DNA of 64,000 nt from an uncultured Acidobacteriota bacterium (GCA_963822445.1 CAWGHO010000003.1:96001-160000), one strand, 5' to 3'. Shown: positions 20,412 through 30,282, counted from the first letter of the stretch. Program-made: numbers and translations. The notes: a model not told the origin generated them from the letters alone.

Positions 20412-21392
20412 ATGCAACAACGCGCGCTTGGAACGGCAGGGTTACGCGTCTCGGCGATGGGCCTCGGATGCATGGGCATGTCCGAGTTCTACGGCACATC
20501 CAGCGAGTCCGAGGGCATCGACACGATCCGCCGCGCGCTCGATCTCGGGGTCACGTTCCTCGACACCGCCGACATGTACGGACCCTTCACGAACGAGAAG
20601 CTCGTCGGCAGGGCGATCCGCGATCGCCGCGATGAAGTCGTGGTGGCGACGAAGTTCGGGAACATGCGCGGCGAAGACGGCGCGTTCCTCGGCGTCAACG
20701 GCAGTCCTGACTACGTTGGCAAGGCCTGCGACGCATCGCTGCAGCGTCTCGGCATCGACGTCATCGATCTCTATTACCAGCATCGCGTCGATACGAAGAC
20801 TCCTATCGAAGAGACGGTCGGTGCGATGTCCGAGCTCGTGCGCGCGGGCAAGGTGCGTTACCTCGGATTGTCCGAGGCGGCGCCGGCGACGATCAGGCGT
20901 GCGCAGAAAGTTCATCCCATCAGCGCGCTGCAGACCGAGTACTCGCTCTGGAGTCGCGATCCGGAAGACGAGATCCTGTCGACGGTTCGCGAGCTCGGCA
21001 TCGGATTCGTCGCCTACAGCCCGCTCGGCCGCGGGTTTCTCACCGGCCGATTCAAGTCGCCGGACGATCTCGATCCCGCTGATTACCGCCGCCGCTCGCC
21101 GCGCTTTCAGGGCGAGAACTTCGCGAAGAACCTCGACCTCGTGGAGAAGATCGAAGAGATTGCGCGCGAGAAAGGCGTCACTGCATCGCAGCTCGCACTG
21201 GCCTGGGTGCTGCGGCGGGGCGACGACATCGTTCCGATTCCGGGAACGCGACACGTGAAGTATCTGGAGGAAAACCTGCGCGCTCTGGACATCGAGTTGA
21301 CCGCGGATGACCTGCGCCGCATCGACGAGGTCGCGCCGAAAGGCGTCGCCGCGGGGGATCGCTATCCGGACATGAGCACGGTCAACCGCTGA
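20412..21392 (+). CDS. Aldo/keto reductase
   Basis: [38 protein letters not shown]; start at ATG 20412 after GGAGGAG. Confidence 0.95.
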   Translation: MQQRALGTAGLRVSAMGLGCMGMSEFYGTSSESEGIDTIRRALDLGVTFLDTADMYGPFTNEKLVGRAIRDRRDEVVVATKFGNMRGEDGAFLGVNGSPDYVGKACDASLQRLGIDVIDLYYQHRVDTKTPIEETVGAMSELVRAGKVRYLGLSEAAPATIRRAQKVHPISALQTEYSLWSRDPEDEILSTVRELGIGFVAYSPLGRGFLTGRFKSPDDLDPADYRRRSPRFQGENFAKNLDLVEKIEEIAREKGVTASQLALAWVLRRGDDIVPIPGTRHVKYLEENLRALDIELTADDLRRIDEVAPKGVAAGDRYPDMSTVNR

Positions 21393-22625
21393 TCAGCCGC
21401 CGCAGGCCCGCGCGCGGATCTCGGCATCGATCCGGTGCCGCCCCTCGGTCCAGGTCTTGAGGAACGCCCGCCACATCGCTCGCGTGTTCGTGACGATGGC
21501 CAGCTCGAAATCGGCGGCCTCCTGCCGACAGCGGCGCGCCGCGTCGTGACGCATCGAGAGCGGATGATCGGCGAGGTACTGATCCCAGGCCGCCGTCGTG
21601 CCCATTTCCCAGGCGCGCTCGAAATCGGCCGGCTCGTCTTCGTTGCGATCGCGGATCGTCGAGTCGAGATCGAGCGCCGTCGTTTCCGGCATCTCCGTGG
21701 CCACGGTCTTTTCCGGTCCGCGGCGCATCCGCGAGACGTCGTTGCGAGTGAGCGTTCCCGGCGATGCAGTCAGGAAGTTGCGCAGCGTCGCCGCGAACTC
21801 ACTCGCATCGCTGAAACGGCGGCGGCGATCCTTCTCCAGTGCGCGGAAGATCACTGTCTCGATTTCCGGCGCGGCCACGCCCGGCTTCGCGTCGATGAAC
21901 GGCGGCGGCGGCTCGGTGAGGTGTTTCATGATGTAGCCCTGCGGCGTTTCGCTGACGAACGGCGGCACGCCGAGGAGCATCTCGTAGAGGACGACGCCGA
22001 GGCAGTACAGGTCGGCGCGGCCATCGAGGGCTTCCCCTTCGCCGAGCAATCCGAATTGCTCGGGGGACATGTACTTCGGATTGCCCATCAGCGCGCCGGC
22101 CTGGGTCATCCCTTCCGACGCGGTGTCCTTGGCGATGCCGAGGTCGATGATCTTGGCGATGAGGCGATCGTCGGCGTCATACGAAAGCATCACGTTGTCC
22201 GGGGATACGTCGCGATGCAACAGACCGCGGCGATGGATGTGCTCGAGACCGGCGAGGACCTGCGAAGCGATGTCCGCGGCGACGGGCAGGGGACAGGGGC
22301 CGTTGTTCGTGCACCACTGCCTGATCGTTTTGCCGTCGATGAACTCCGAGACCATGTAGCTGCCGCCGTCGCCGACGAAGAAGTCATGCACGACGGCGAT
22401 GTTCGGATGATGGATCTGGGTGGCGAGGCGCGCCTCCCGGAGGAAGCGCGCCTTGAAGCTGTCGTCGGCCATCAGGGTCTGGCGCATGACCTTGATGCAG
22501 CGCGGCACGTCGAGATGGAGGTGGCGGGCCTTGAAGACCTCGCCCATGCCGCCGCCGCCGAGGCGGCTGATGATCTCGTACTTGCCGTCGAGAATCGTAC
22601 CGGGGCGCACGCTGTCACTGGCCAT
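21393..22625 (-). CDS. Hanks-type Ser/Thr protein kinase
   Basis: LGGGGMGEV, HRDVSPDN, DLGIA, YMSPEQ. Confidence 0.92.
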   Translation of the reverse strand: MASDSVRPGTILDGKYEIISRLGGGGMGEVFKARHLHLDVPRCIKVMRQTLMADDSFKARFLREARLATQIHHPNIAVVHDFFVGDGGSYMVSEFIDGKTIRQWCTNNGPCPLPVAADIASQVLAGLEHIHRRGLLHRDVSPDNVMLSYDADDRLIAKIIDLGIAKDTASEGMTQAGALMGNPKYMSPEQFGLLGEGEALDGRADLYCLGVVLYEMLLGVPPFVSETPQGYIMKHLTEPPPPFIDAKPGVAAPEIETVIFRALEKDRRRRFSDASEFAATLRNFLTASPGTLTRNDVSRMRRGPEKTVATEMPETTALDLDSTIRDRNEDEPADFERAWEMGTTAAWDQYLADHPLSMRHDAARRCRQEAADFELAIVTNTRAMWRAFLKTWTEGRHRIDAEIRARACGG

Positions 22626-22667
22626 GGGTTGGAAGCGAACAGCATACGCCCCGGCGGCGCGCGACGA

Positions 22668-23093
22668 TTACGCCTTGGCTTCGATCTCTTTGCGCAAGCG
22701 CTCTTCCTGCGCGCGCGCTTCGGGCGTGAATTCCTCGCCAAAATCCTCGGCCTCGAAGATCGGGCGCAACTCGACCTCGCTGTCGCCGCCGTCCGTATTC
22801 GGGATGCGCTTCGCCCACTCGATCGCCTCATCCATCGACTTCACCTTCCACAGCCAGAAGCCGGCGATGAGCTCGTTCGTGGCGGAGAACGGGCCGGGGA
22901 CCACTTGCGGCGCGCCGCTGCCGAAGCGGACGCGGTAGCCCTTCGAGCTCGGATGCAGCCCCTCGCCGGCGGTCATGATTCCGGCTTTCACCAGCTCTTC
23001 GTTGTAGTTGCCCATCTCCGTCAGGAGCTTCTCGCTGGGCATGACACCATTCTCGGAATCCTTGTTCGCTTTCACGATCACCATCACTCGCAT
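22668..23093 (-). CDS. YciI family (DGPF-type) protein
   Basis: GEGLHPSSKG, GPF...ELIAGFW, EAIEWAKR, ELRP. Confidence 0.88.
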   Translation of the reverse strand: MRVMVIVKANKDSENGVMPSEKLLTEMGNYNEELVKAGIMTAGEGLHPSSKGYRVRFGSGAPQVVPGPFSATNELIAGFWLWKVKSMDEAIEWAKRIPNTDGGDSEVELRPIFEAEDFGEEFTPEARAQEERLRKEIEAKA

Positions 23094-23120
23094 GTGCGTT
23101 TCTCCTTCTATTGATTGATG

Positions 23121-23543
23121 TCAGCCCATGAAGGGAATGCGGCCGCCGTTGACGATCCAGTTCGTGCCGTAACGGTCGACGACCATGCCGAATCCCTCCG
23201 CCCAGAACGCTTTTTCGAAGGGCATGGTCACCTTCCCGCCTTCGCTGAGCGCGTCGAATACTCGGCGTCCGTCCTCGACCTTTTCGTAAGTGAGCGCGAG
23301 ACTGACGCCCTCCATCGGCTTGTACGTTCCGACGAGCGCGTCGCCGGCCATCAGCTCCGTGCCGCCGAAGGTGAGGTAGGCGTGCATGATCCGATCCTCG
23401 TTGCCCGGGGGACAGTGTTCGGCGACGGGAGTCTGGGCGTTGGTGAGCAGGGCCTCGAGCTTGCCGTCCAGGACCCGTTCGTAAAACCGCATGGCCTCGG
23501 CACAGTTGCCGTCGAATGAGAGGTAAGGGGTGAGTTGCGTCAT
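23121..23543 (-). CDS. VOC/PhnB family protein
   Basis: PYLSFDGNCAEAMRFY, IMHA, FWAEGFGMVVDRYG. Confidence 0.88.
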   Translation of the reverse strand: MTQLTPYLSFDGNCAEAMRFYERVLDGKLEALLTNAQTPVAEHCPPGNEDRIMHAYLTFGGTELMAGDALVGTYKPMEGVSLALTYEKVEDGRRVFDALSEGGKVTMPFEKAFWAEGFGMVVDRYGTNWIVNGGRIPFMG

Positions 23544-23569
23544 GTCATTTCCTTTCGTTTCAATGTGAC

Positions 23570-23635
23570 GATCCCAATTTAGTATCAATTAGTCCTAAAA
23601 AGCAACTACTAAGTTTGACTCTAGGACGAGACCGG
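23570..23635. promoter_or_regulatory. AT-rich divergent promoter with putative HxlR operator boxes
   Basis: TAGT-N11-ACTA palindrome (TAGTCCTAAAAAGCAACTA) and a related inverted copy, between the divergent phnB-like and hxlR-like genes. Confidence 0.35.
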
Positions 23636-23649
23636 CCTAAACTTCATTC

Positions 23650-24309
23650 ATGGCAACGAAGCGGACCTACGAAGATGGATGCGCGACGGCCCACGCCCTC
23701 GACCTCATCGGCGAGCGCTGGGCCCTGCTGATCGTTCGCGAGCTGATCCTCGGTCCGAAGCGGTTCACCGATCTGCGAACCGGCCTGCCGAGCATCAGTC
23801 CGAACGTCCTCACCCAGCGGCTGGAAGACCTCGAACAGTCGGGCATCCTCCGCCGCCGCAAGCTCGCCCCGCCCGCCGCGGCCTGGGTTTACGAGCTGAC
23901 CGAGTGGGGCCTGGAACTGGAGAAGGTGATCATGGCCATCGGCCGCTGGGGCGCGCGCTCACCTCAATTGATGCAGGGTCATCCTTTGAGTATCGATGCG
24001 CTGGTGCTGTCGTTCCGGACGATGTTCGATTCCCAGACCGCCGCCGATTTCAACGCGCGCCTCGAGCTGCGCATCGGCGAGGATCGCTTCCACGCCGAGA
24101 TCGCGAACGGCGAGATGCAACTGAATCGCGGCCCGGCCGACCGCCCCGACGCGATCGTCGAGGCGTCACCCGAAGCGCTCATCGCGGTCGCTTATGGCGG
24201 AAAGAAACTCGCCGAAGCCGTGCGGGAGGGGGAGATGAAAGTCGAGGGCGACAAGGCCGTCGCGAAGCGGTTTTTCGGGCTGTTCCCGTTGCCGGCTCCG
24301 GCTGGCTAA
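23650..24309 (+). CDS. HxlR family wHTH regulator with C-terminal SCP2-like domain
   Basis: ALDLIGERWALLIVREL...RFTDL...YELTEWG; C-terminal KVEGD. Confidence 0.9.
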   Translation: MATKRTYEDGCATAHALDLIGERWALLIVRELILGPKRFTDLRTGLPSISPNVLTQRLEDLEQSGILRRRKLAPPAAAWVYELTEWGLELEKVIMAIGRWGARSPQLMQGHPLSIDALVLSFRTMFDSQTAADFNARLELRIGEDRFHAEIANGEMQLNRGPADRPDAIVEASPEALIAVAYGGKKLAEAVREGEMKVEGDKAVAKRFFGLFPLPAPAG

Positions 24310-24355
24310 AGGGAACGACGAGAGCGCCTCCGGACATCTGAGCCTTCCTGTCAAG

Positions 24356-25600
24356 TCAGGCGGCAGCGTTGGCGAGGGTTGAGCCTCGCATAGCGAGCTG
24401 CTGCAGATAGCGAGCTTCGTCGTAAGCGGTGCGGCTGGTCCAGCAGGCGTAAAGTATGCGGATCCAACGGTAAGCGAGTGTGCGGATGGCCTGGTGGTGG
24501 CTATGTCCACGCGCACCCTGCTGTTTGTAGAGCGCTCGAGCCCAGACCGAGTAGCCGATCGAGACTCGTGCGTACTCGTGGAAGGTCTGACGCAGGAACT
24601 TCGGACAGGCCCAGCGCATGTGCACGACCGCCGTTTTGCCGCTCCGGCGGAGAACCGGGGCGATGCCGCTTCGGGTGGCGACGTTGACGGCGCTGCCGAA
24701 GCGCTTGCGATCGGTCCCGAAGGCGGCGGCGAGCCGCGGCGCGAGCTGTTGGCCGGCGCCAGGGAAGCTCGCGAAGATCGACGCGTCCTGGTGGGCGGCG
24801 AACGCCGCCGAGATCTTCTGGTCGTACGTGGCGATGCTCGCGTTGAGGGCCCGGATCTGCGCAACCTCGCTTCCGATCAGCAGCACGGCAGCGTCAGTGG
24901 TGACCTGATCGTCGTGGAACGCGACCTCTGAACGGATCTCGGCGAGCTTCTGGTCGATCCACGCGGCCGCGTGATGATGACCCGCATAGAACCTCCGTAT
25001 CGCGGACGGCCGAGCCCTTTGGATGGCCTCGAGCGTCGGCCAGCGTTCGAGGAAGTCACAGGCCTGCGCCGTAATCAACGCGCCGGCCCACCGGAGCGCC
25101 TGCGGGTAGTACGTCTTGAGCCGATCGGTCATGCGTTGGACGTGTTGCGTCCTCTGATCGACGAGCTCCCGCCGATCCTCGGTCAGAAGCCGCAGCAGAC
25201 GCGTAGAAGCGTCGTCGGCGATGAACGGGCGCAGCTCGTTGCGGTGCTTACGGAGCAGGTCGAGCAAGGACGCCGCGTCGGTCGGATCGTCTTTCGATAG
25301 GCTCGGATGAAACGCCTCACGATACCGGGCTGCACTGCGTGGGTTGATCGGATACAACGTGACGAACGGATAGCCGCTGAGCGCGTCGAAGACCGCGCCG
25401 CGGGACTGCTCGATGGCCACGGCGATCGGTGCCCCGCCGAAGCGCGCCTGCAGCGCTTCGATCCATGCGCGCAGAGCCGCAGGCGTGTGCTCGATGCGCT
25501 CGTTCGTGCACGTCTGCTGCTGCTCGTCCCAAAGAGCCACTTCGTGCGATGTGTCACCCCAATCCAGCCCCACAAACGCCCCAAACTCGAACTCGCTCAT
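24356..25600 (-). CDS. IS110 family transposase/recombinase
   Basis: GLDWG, AIEQ, KDDPTDA (DEDD); SFPGAG and GIAPVLRRSG (Transposase_20 with conserved Ser); ATG 25600 after GGAGGG. Confidence 0.93.
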   Translation of the reverse strand: MSEFEFGAFVGLDWGDTSHEVALWDEQQQTCTNERIEHTPAALRAWIEALQARFGGAPIAVAIEQSRGAVFDALSGYPFVTLYPINPRSAARYREAFHPSLSKDDPTDAASLLDLLRKHRNELRPFIADDASTRLLRLLTEDRRELVDQRTQHVQRMTDRLKTYYPQALRWAGALITAQACDFLERWPTLEAIQRARPSAIRRFYAGHHHAAAWIDQKLAEIRSEVAFHDDQVTTDAAVLLIGSEVAQIRALNASIATYDQKISAAFAAHQDASIFASFPGAGQQLAPRLAAAFGTDRKRFGSAVNVATRSGIAPVLRRSGKTAVVHMRWACPKFLRQTFHEYARVSIGYSVWARALYKQQGARGHSHHQAIRTLAYRWIRILYACWTSRTAYDEARYLQQLAMRGSTLANAAA

Positions 25601-25614
25601 CACACCCTCCCTTC

Positions 25615-25865
25615 GGGTTGGCTTTGGCCGTGCGCAAGGCCTATAGTCGAGTCGTGCTCCGACAGCATCTGAGAATGCGTTTCGGGCCAAAGCACTTCGT
25701 CCCGCTCGAAAGTCCGGAGGGATTCGTCGATCCGAACACGGGCGGAATTCGTAGCGGGACGAACCCTTCTTCTTAGTATCGCGCCGTCTGAACTCGGTTC
25801 TCCTGATCGCCACGCAACGGGTACTTCTCTGAGGGCTGAGGGAGAAGCGGAGAGACGGCCGGACA
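25615..25865 (-). ncRNA. Putative bridge RNA of the IS110 element
   Basis: Two stem-closed internal loops carry segments matching the target site (GCCCG, CCTCCGG) and the donor junction (CTCAGATG, CTATAGG); ends approximate. Confidence 0.75.
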
Positions 25866-26007
25866 AGCTATAGGCGGGCCGGCACGGCCGGCAGCGCTGG
25901 TGTTCGCGTGAACGCAATCCGCGCTAGCTACCGCGAGTTCCGCAGAAGGCACAACCAGCGCCTGCCGGCCCGTGGCCGGCCCGCCGGAGGCGCTCTCGTC
26001 GTTCCCT

Positions 26008-27855
26008 TCAGCGATACCCAGCAGCCTGCAACTCGAACAGCTCCGCGTACCGCCCGCCGGCCGCGAGAAGCTCCTCGTGGGTCCCCGCGGCCTCGATCTG
26101 CCCCTCGGCCAGCACCAGGATCCGGTCGGCCATGCGCACGCTCGAGAAGCGGTGGGAGATCAGCACCGCTGTCTTCCCCACGCTCAGCTCGCGGAAGCGC
26201 TGGAACACCTCGAACTCCGCGCGGGCATCGAGCGCGGCGGTCGGCTCGTCGAGGATCAGCAGTTGCGCGTCGCGCATGTAGGCGCGGGCGATGGCAATCT
26301 TCTGCCATTCGCCGCCGGACAGATCGACGCCGCTGCGAAAGCGCTTGCCGATCGTCTGGTCGTAGCGCTGCGGCAGGCGCTCGATCACCTCGTCGGCGAG
26401 ACTGCGTTCAGCAGCCTGCTCGATCCGTTTGCGATCGCCGACTGCCTCGATGCGGCCCACGGCGATGTTCTCCGCGGCGGTCATGTGATAGCGGACGAAG
26501 TCCTGGAAGATCACGCCGATGTTCGCGCGGAGCGACTCCAGGTCGTAGTCGCGGAGATCGTGGCCGTCCAGCAGGATTCGCCCCTCATCCGGGTCATACA
26601 AACGGGCCAGCAATTTCACCAGCGTCGTTTTTCCGGCGCCGTTCTCACCGACCAGCGCGAGCACCTCGTCCGCGTGCAGCGTGAATGAGAGATTGCGCAC
26701 CGCCCACCGTTCCGCGCCGGGATAGCGAAAGCCCACGCCCTCGAAACGAACCCCTTCGCGCATCGGCTTCGGGAACGGAATCGCGTTCGGCTTCGTGACG
26801 ATCTCCGGCTCGATGAGAAAGAACGAGAAGAGATCATCGAGATAGAGCGCCTGTCCGGCCAGTTGCGAGAAGCCCGAGAGCAAGCCTTCCAGCAACGTGC
26901 GCAACCGGCGGAACGAGCCCGCCAGGAACGTCAGGTCGCCGATCGTGAATTCGTTGCGGAGCGTGCCCCAGGCCAGGTAGCCGTACGCGACGTAGTAGCC
27001 AAGCGTGCCGACCGCGGTGAGCACGCTGCCCCAGAACGCGCGTCGCGTCGCCAGCGAACGGTTCGCCTGATAGAACGCGTCGGCCAGCCGGCGATATCGC
27101 TCGATCAGAAACGCGTTGAGGCCGAAGATCTTCACTTCCTTCGCCGTCTCCACGCTCGCGCCGGTCTGGCGCACGTAATCGAGCTCGCGCCGCTCCGGCG
27201 TGCGCGTGTAGTTCAGCGTGTAGCTCGCGGCGTTGAAGTGCGCTTCGCCGAGGAATGCGGGGATGAGGGCGATGGCGAGGAGAAGGATCAGCCAGGGCGC
27301 GTAGGCGACGAGGCCGATGGCGAAGGCGATGATGGTGATGACGTCCTGGGCCTGGCTCAGAAGCTGAGTCATCAGAGAGCTGCGGCCCATCGTCTGCCGC
27401 CGGGCGCGCTCGAGCTGATCCTGCAGCTCGCTGTCCTCGAAATCCTCGAGGTCGAGCGTCGCCGCATGCTCCATCAGGCGGATGCTCGTCTCGTTCGTGA
27501 AGCGCTCCGAGAGCAACGAGTCGACCAGCGAGACCACGCGGCCGATCACGTCTGAGAGCACGGCGATTCCGAACTCGAGCGCAACCAGCATGGCCAGGCG
27601 GTCGAGCCTTCCCGAGTCCCACCACGCCCGCAGATTCGCGGGATTTCCCGTGCTTGAGGCGAGCGCGATCACCTCGTCGATGATCAGTTTCCCGAGAAAG
27701 AGCATCGCCACCGGCAGGACCGCGCGCATCAGGCGCAGCGACGCGTTGGCGATGGTGAGCGAAGGGCTGGTCTCCCAGATCAGGCGGAGAAAGGGCGGGA
27801 GGTTGCGGAGCGCGCCGAGGCGCTCGCGGAAGGAGTGTTGCGGCTTCACCACCAT
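26008..27855 (-). CDS. ABC transporter fused permease/ATP-binding protein
   Basis: TM domain, GENGAGKTT, LSGGEWQ, LILDEPT, ISHR. Confidence 0.93.
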   Translation of the reverse strand: MVVKPQHSFRERLGALRNLPPFLRLIWETSPSLTIANASLRLMRAVLPVAMLFLGKLIIDEVIALASSTGNPANLRAWWDSGRLDRLAMLVALEFGIAVLSDVIGRVVSLVDSLLSERFTNETSIRLMEHAATLDLEDFEDSELQDQLERARRQTMGRSSLMTQLLSQAQDVITIIAFAIGLVAYAPWLILLLAIALIPAFLGEAHFNAASYTLNYTRTPERRELDYVRQTGASVETAKEVKIFGLNAFLIERYRRLADAFYQANRSLATRRAFWGSVLTAVGTLGYYVAYGYLAWGTLRNEFTIGDLTFLAGSFRRLRTLLEGLLSGFSQLAGQALYLDDLFSFFLIEPEIVTKPNAIPFPKPMREGVRFEGVGFRYPGAERWAVRNLSFTLHADEVLALVGENGAGKTTLVKLLARLYDPDEGRILLDGHDLRDYDLESLRANIGVIFQDFVRYHMTAAENIAVGRIEAVGDRKRIEQAAERSLADEVIERLPQRYDQTIGKRFRSGVDLSGGEWQKIAIARAYMRDAQLLILDEPTAALDARAEFEVFQRFRELSVGKTAVLISHRFSSVRMADRILVLAEGQIEAAGTHEELLAAGGRYAELFELQAAGYR

Positions 27856-28946
27856 TTTGCCCGTGCTGGCTGCGTGCCGTGCGGCTCCACGAATTCACCG
27901 AGTTTGGGGACGATGAGCTGCACGCCGGCTTTCGCCGCGGCGGCGACCGCGCGATCGGGCGGGTCGGGCCATGCGTGAAATCCGAGGTTGAATGTCGCCC
28001 AGTGCACGGGCAGCATCACCCGGCCGCCGACGTCGCGATGCGTCTGAATCGCCTCCTCGGGGCTCATGTGGATCTCGATCCAGGTCGGATCCGAGGCGCC
28101 GATCTTGATCAGCGTCAGATCGAATGGACCATGCGCCGCGCCGATCGCTTTGAATTGATCCGTGTAGCCGCTGTCGCCGCTGAAGAAGAAGCGGTTGCGC
28201 GGCCCCTTCACGACCCACGTCGCCCAGAGCGTCCGATTATTGAGTCGCGGATTGCGCCCGCTGTAGTGCCTCGCCGGCGTCGCGGTGAAGGTGAGGCCGC
28301 GGAGCGCGAAGCTCTCGTTCCAATCGAGCTCGTGGATCTGTGCGATCGGCGTTCCCCATCGCTCCAGATGCGCGCCGATGCCTAGCGGTACGACGAAGTG
28401 CGTGCCGCGAGCGGTGAGCGCGCGGACGACCGGCATGTCGAGGTGATCGTAGTGGTCGTGGGAAATGATCACCGCGTCGATCGGGGGCAGTTCATCGACC
28501 GCGATCGGCGGCGCGTGAAACCGTTTCGGACCGATCAGCGTCGATGGCGAACAGCGATTGCTCCAGACCGGGTCGGTGAGTACCTTCGCGCCGTCGATTT
28601 CCACCAGGACGGACGACCAGCCCATCCACGTCGCGCGCAATCCTGACGCAGGTGGCGTGGCGTAATCGCTCGTCGTTTTGCGCAGCACCGGAACCGGTGC
28701 GACAGGCTCGCGTTGCTCATCGCCGAAGAACTGCCGGCGAAACATTTCGCGATTGGAGGTGCGGTTCGCCCCGCGCGGCTCGCGATTGCGGAACGCGCCA
28801 TCGGCCCATTGCGGTGAACGTTGCGCGCGAGCGAGCCTCGCGCCTTCCAGCCTGCCGCCCAGCGAGACCAGCCATTCGGTCGAGTAGAGAAGAACGACGA
28901 CGATCACGACGAGCAGGAGGGCGATGACGAGCAGCGCGCGCTTCAT
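27846..28946 (-). CDS. MBL-fold metallohydrolase (RomA/NAPE-PLD-like)
   Basis: ISHDHYDHLD, TPARHYSGR, FSGDSGY, PVHW. Confidence 0.9.
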   Translation of the reverse strand: MKRALLVIALLLVVIVVVLLYSTEWLVSLGGRLEGARLARAQRSPQWADGAFRNREPRGANRTSNREMFRRQFFGDEQREPVAPVPVLRKTTSDYATPPASGLRATWMGWSSVLVEIDGAKVLTDPVWSNRCSPSTLIGPKRFHAPPIAVDELPPIDAVIISHDHYDHLDMPVVRALTARGTHFVVPLGIGAHLERWGTPIAQIHELDWNESFALRGLTFTATPARHYSGRNPRLNNRTLWATWVVKGPRNRFFFSGDSGYTDQFKAIGAAHGPFDLTLIKIGASDPTWIEIHMSPEEAIQTHRDVGGRVMLPVHWATFNLGFHAWPDPPDRAVAAAAKAGVQLIVPKLGEFVEPHGTQPARAKWW

Positions 28947-29069
28947 CGCCTCATCCTCTCCGACTTCTCGCGAAATGCCTCACGAAAAGTCGCGAAAACG
29001 GATCGGCTCTCGATCGCGTCATCGACCGTAACCATCGCCAAATCAGCAGTTTGTCTCATCTGGCCCCCA

Positions 29070-29084
29070 TGGCAGGCCGCTTGT
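29070..29084 (+). promoter_or_regulatory. Putative sigma54 promoter of the chemosensory operon
   Basis: TGGCAG-GCCGC-TTGT (imperfect -12 box); IHF-like AATCAGCAGTTTG just upstream; AAGGAGG RBS downstream. Confidence 0.45.
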
Positions 29085-29111
29085 TCTAGAGCAGCCCGAC
29101 AAGGAGGCAAC

Positions 29112-29495
29112 ATGAGGCGTAAGAAGATCCTGCTGGTCGACGATTCGGCCACCACGCTGATGATGGAGCAGATGGTGCTCCGCGGTCAGGCGTACCAGAT
29201 TGTGACCGCGAAAAACGGGCGGGAGGCGGTTGCCACGGCGGCCAGCGAGCGTCCCGACCTGATCCTGCTCGATGTGGTCATGCCGGAGATGAACGGCTTC
29301 GAGGCCTGCCGTCTCATCCGCCAGGAGCCTGACACGAAGAGCGTGCCGATCATCATGGTCACGACGAAGGGCGAAGAGCACAACGTCGAGACCGGATTCC
29401 AGAGCGGCTGCAGCGACTACATCACCAAGCCGATCAACGGCGCCGAGTTGCTGACGAAGATCCGCAGCTACCTCGATGACGGGGGTGCGGCATGA
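29112..29495 (+). CDS. Single-domain response regulator (CheY-like)
   Basis: ILLVDD, LLDVVMP, TTK, KP. Confidence 0.9.
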   Translation: MRRKKILLVDDSATTLMMEQMVLRGQAYQIVTAKNGREAVATAASERPDLILLDVVMPEMNGFEACRLIRQEPDTKSVPIIMVTTKGEEHNVETGFQSGCSDYITKPINGAELLTKIRSYLDDGGAA

Positions 29496-30280
29496 GCGGT
29501 CGCGACGACAACGCCGGCGGCAACTACGTCCAGAAGGTGCGCGAAGACACGAACCGCATCCTTTCGGACCTCAAGAGCAACAACGAGCGGTTGCGCTCCA
29601 TCGTGGCCGCGCTCGAAAGCGATCGCTCGCGCCTGCAGGCCGAGAAGATGCGCCTCCAGGAGCAGCTCATGAACGCCCGCGAGAGCCTCGCCCAACGCGT
29701 CGACGACCACAACGCGCTCATGCGCCGCCTCTCCGAAGTGCAGGACGAGAACGAGTCGGTGGCCGGCCGTTTCCTGGAGATCGAGACCCAGAACACCAAC
29801 CTCGCCAATCTCTACGTCGCCGGCTACCAGTTGCACGGCAGCCTCGATCGCGACCTCGTGCTCGCCGCGATCAAGGAGATCGTGATCAACCTCATCGGCT
29901 CGGAAGACTTCGCGATCTTCGAGCGCGAAGGCGAAGACCGGCTGCGGATGATCGACTGGTTCGACGAGCCGCCGCAGATGGCGCGAGAGGTCCGTTTCGG
30001 CGAGGGAATCATCGGACAGGTCGCCGCGACCGGCGAGGCGTTCGTGTCGAACGGCGAGCATGGCCGCGGAGTCGGAATGACTGCATGCGTTCCGCTGAAG
30101 GTCGACGGCCGAGTCACCGGCGCGATCGCGATCTTCCGCCTGCTCCCGCAGAAGCACGACGGACTGGAAGCCCTCGACGAAGAGCTCCTCGGTCTGCTCG
30201 CGAGCCAGGCCGGCATCGCGCTGTATTGCACGACCCTGCATCGCGTCGTGGCCGAGCAACGGCGTCCGGCGGGAGTGTGA
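29492..30280 (+). CDS. Coiled-coil plus GAF domain protein
   Basis: N-terminal heptads; GEGIIGQVAATG, CVPLKVDGRVTGAI. Confidence 0.75.
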   Translation: MSGRDDNAGGNYVQKVREDTNRILSDLKSNNERLRSIVAALESDRSRLQAEKMRLQEQLMNARESLAQRVDDHNALMRRLSEVQDENESVAGRFLEIETQNTNLANLYVAGYQLHGSLDRDLVLAAIKEIVINLIGSEDFAIFEREGEDRLRMIDWFDEPPQMAREVRFGEGIIGQVAATGEAFVSNGEHGRGVGMTACVPLKVDGRVTGAIAIFRLLPQKHDGLEALDEELLGLLASQAGIALYCTTLHRVVAEQRRPAGV

Positions 30281-30282
30281 CG

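Larger units (their letters stand above)
24332..25874 (-). mobile_element. IS110-family insertion sequence (DEDD recombinase plus left-end non-coding region), flanked by a 2-bp core (CC on the minus strand)
   Basis: Ends fixed by restoring the interrupted palindrome (CCTCC-GG|...|GG-CGGGCCGGC); no terminal inverted repeats. Confidence 0.88.
24309..26008. repeat. ~160-bp palindromic REP-like element split by the IS110 insertion
   Basis: AAGGGAACGACGAGAGCGCCTCCGG (24309-24333) is the exact reverse complement of 25984-26008; the inner palindrome resumes at 25875. Confidence 0.8.

Noticed and set aside
24309-26008. 25-bp inverted repeats as the terminal IRs of the IS
   Set aside because: They belong to the target palindrome. 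The right arm is about 110 bp outside the inferred IS end, and the junction promoter and guide matches fix the ends at the GG core.
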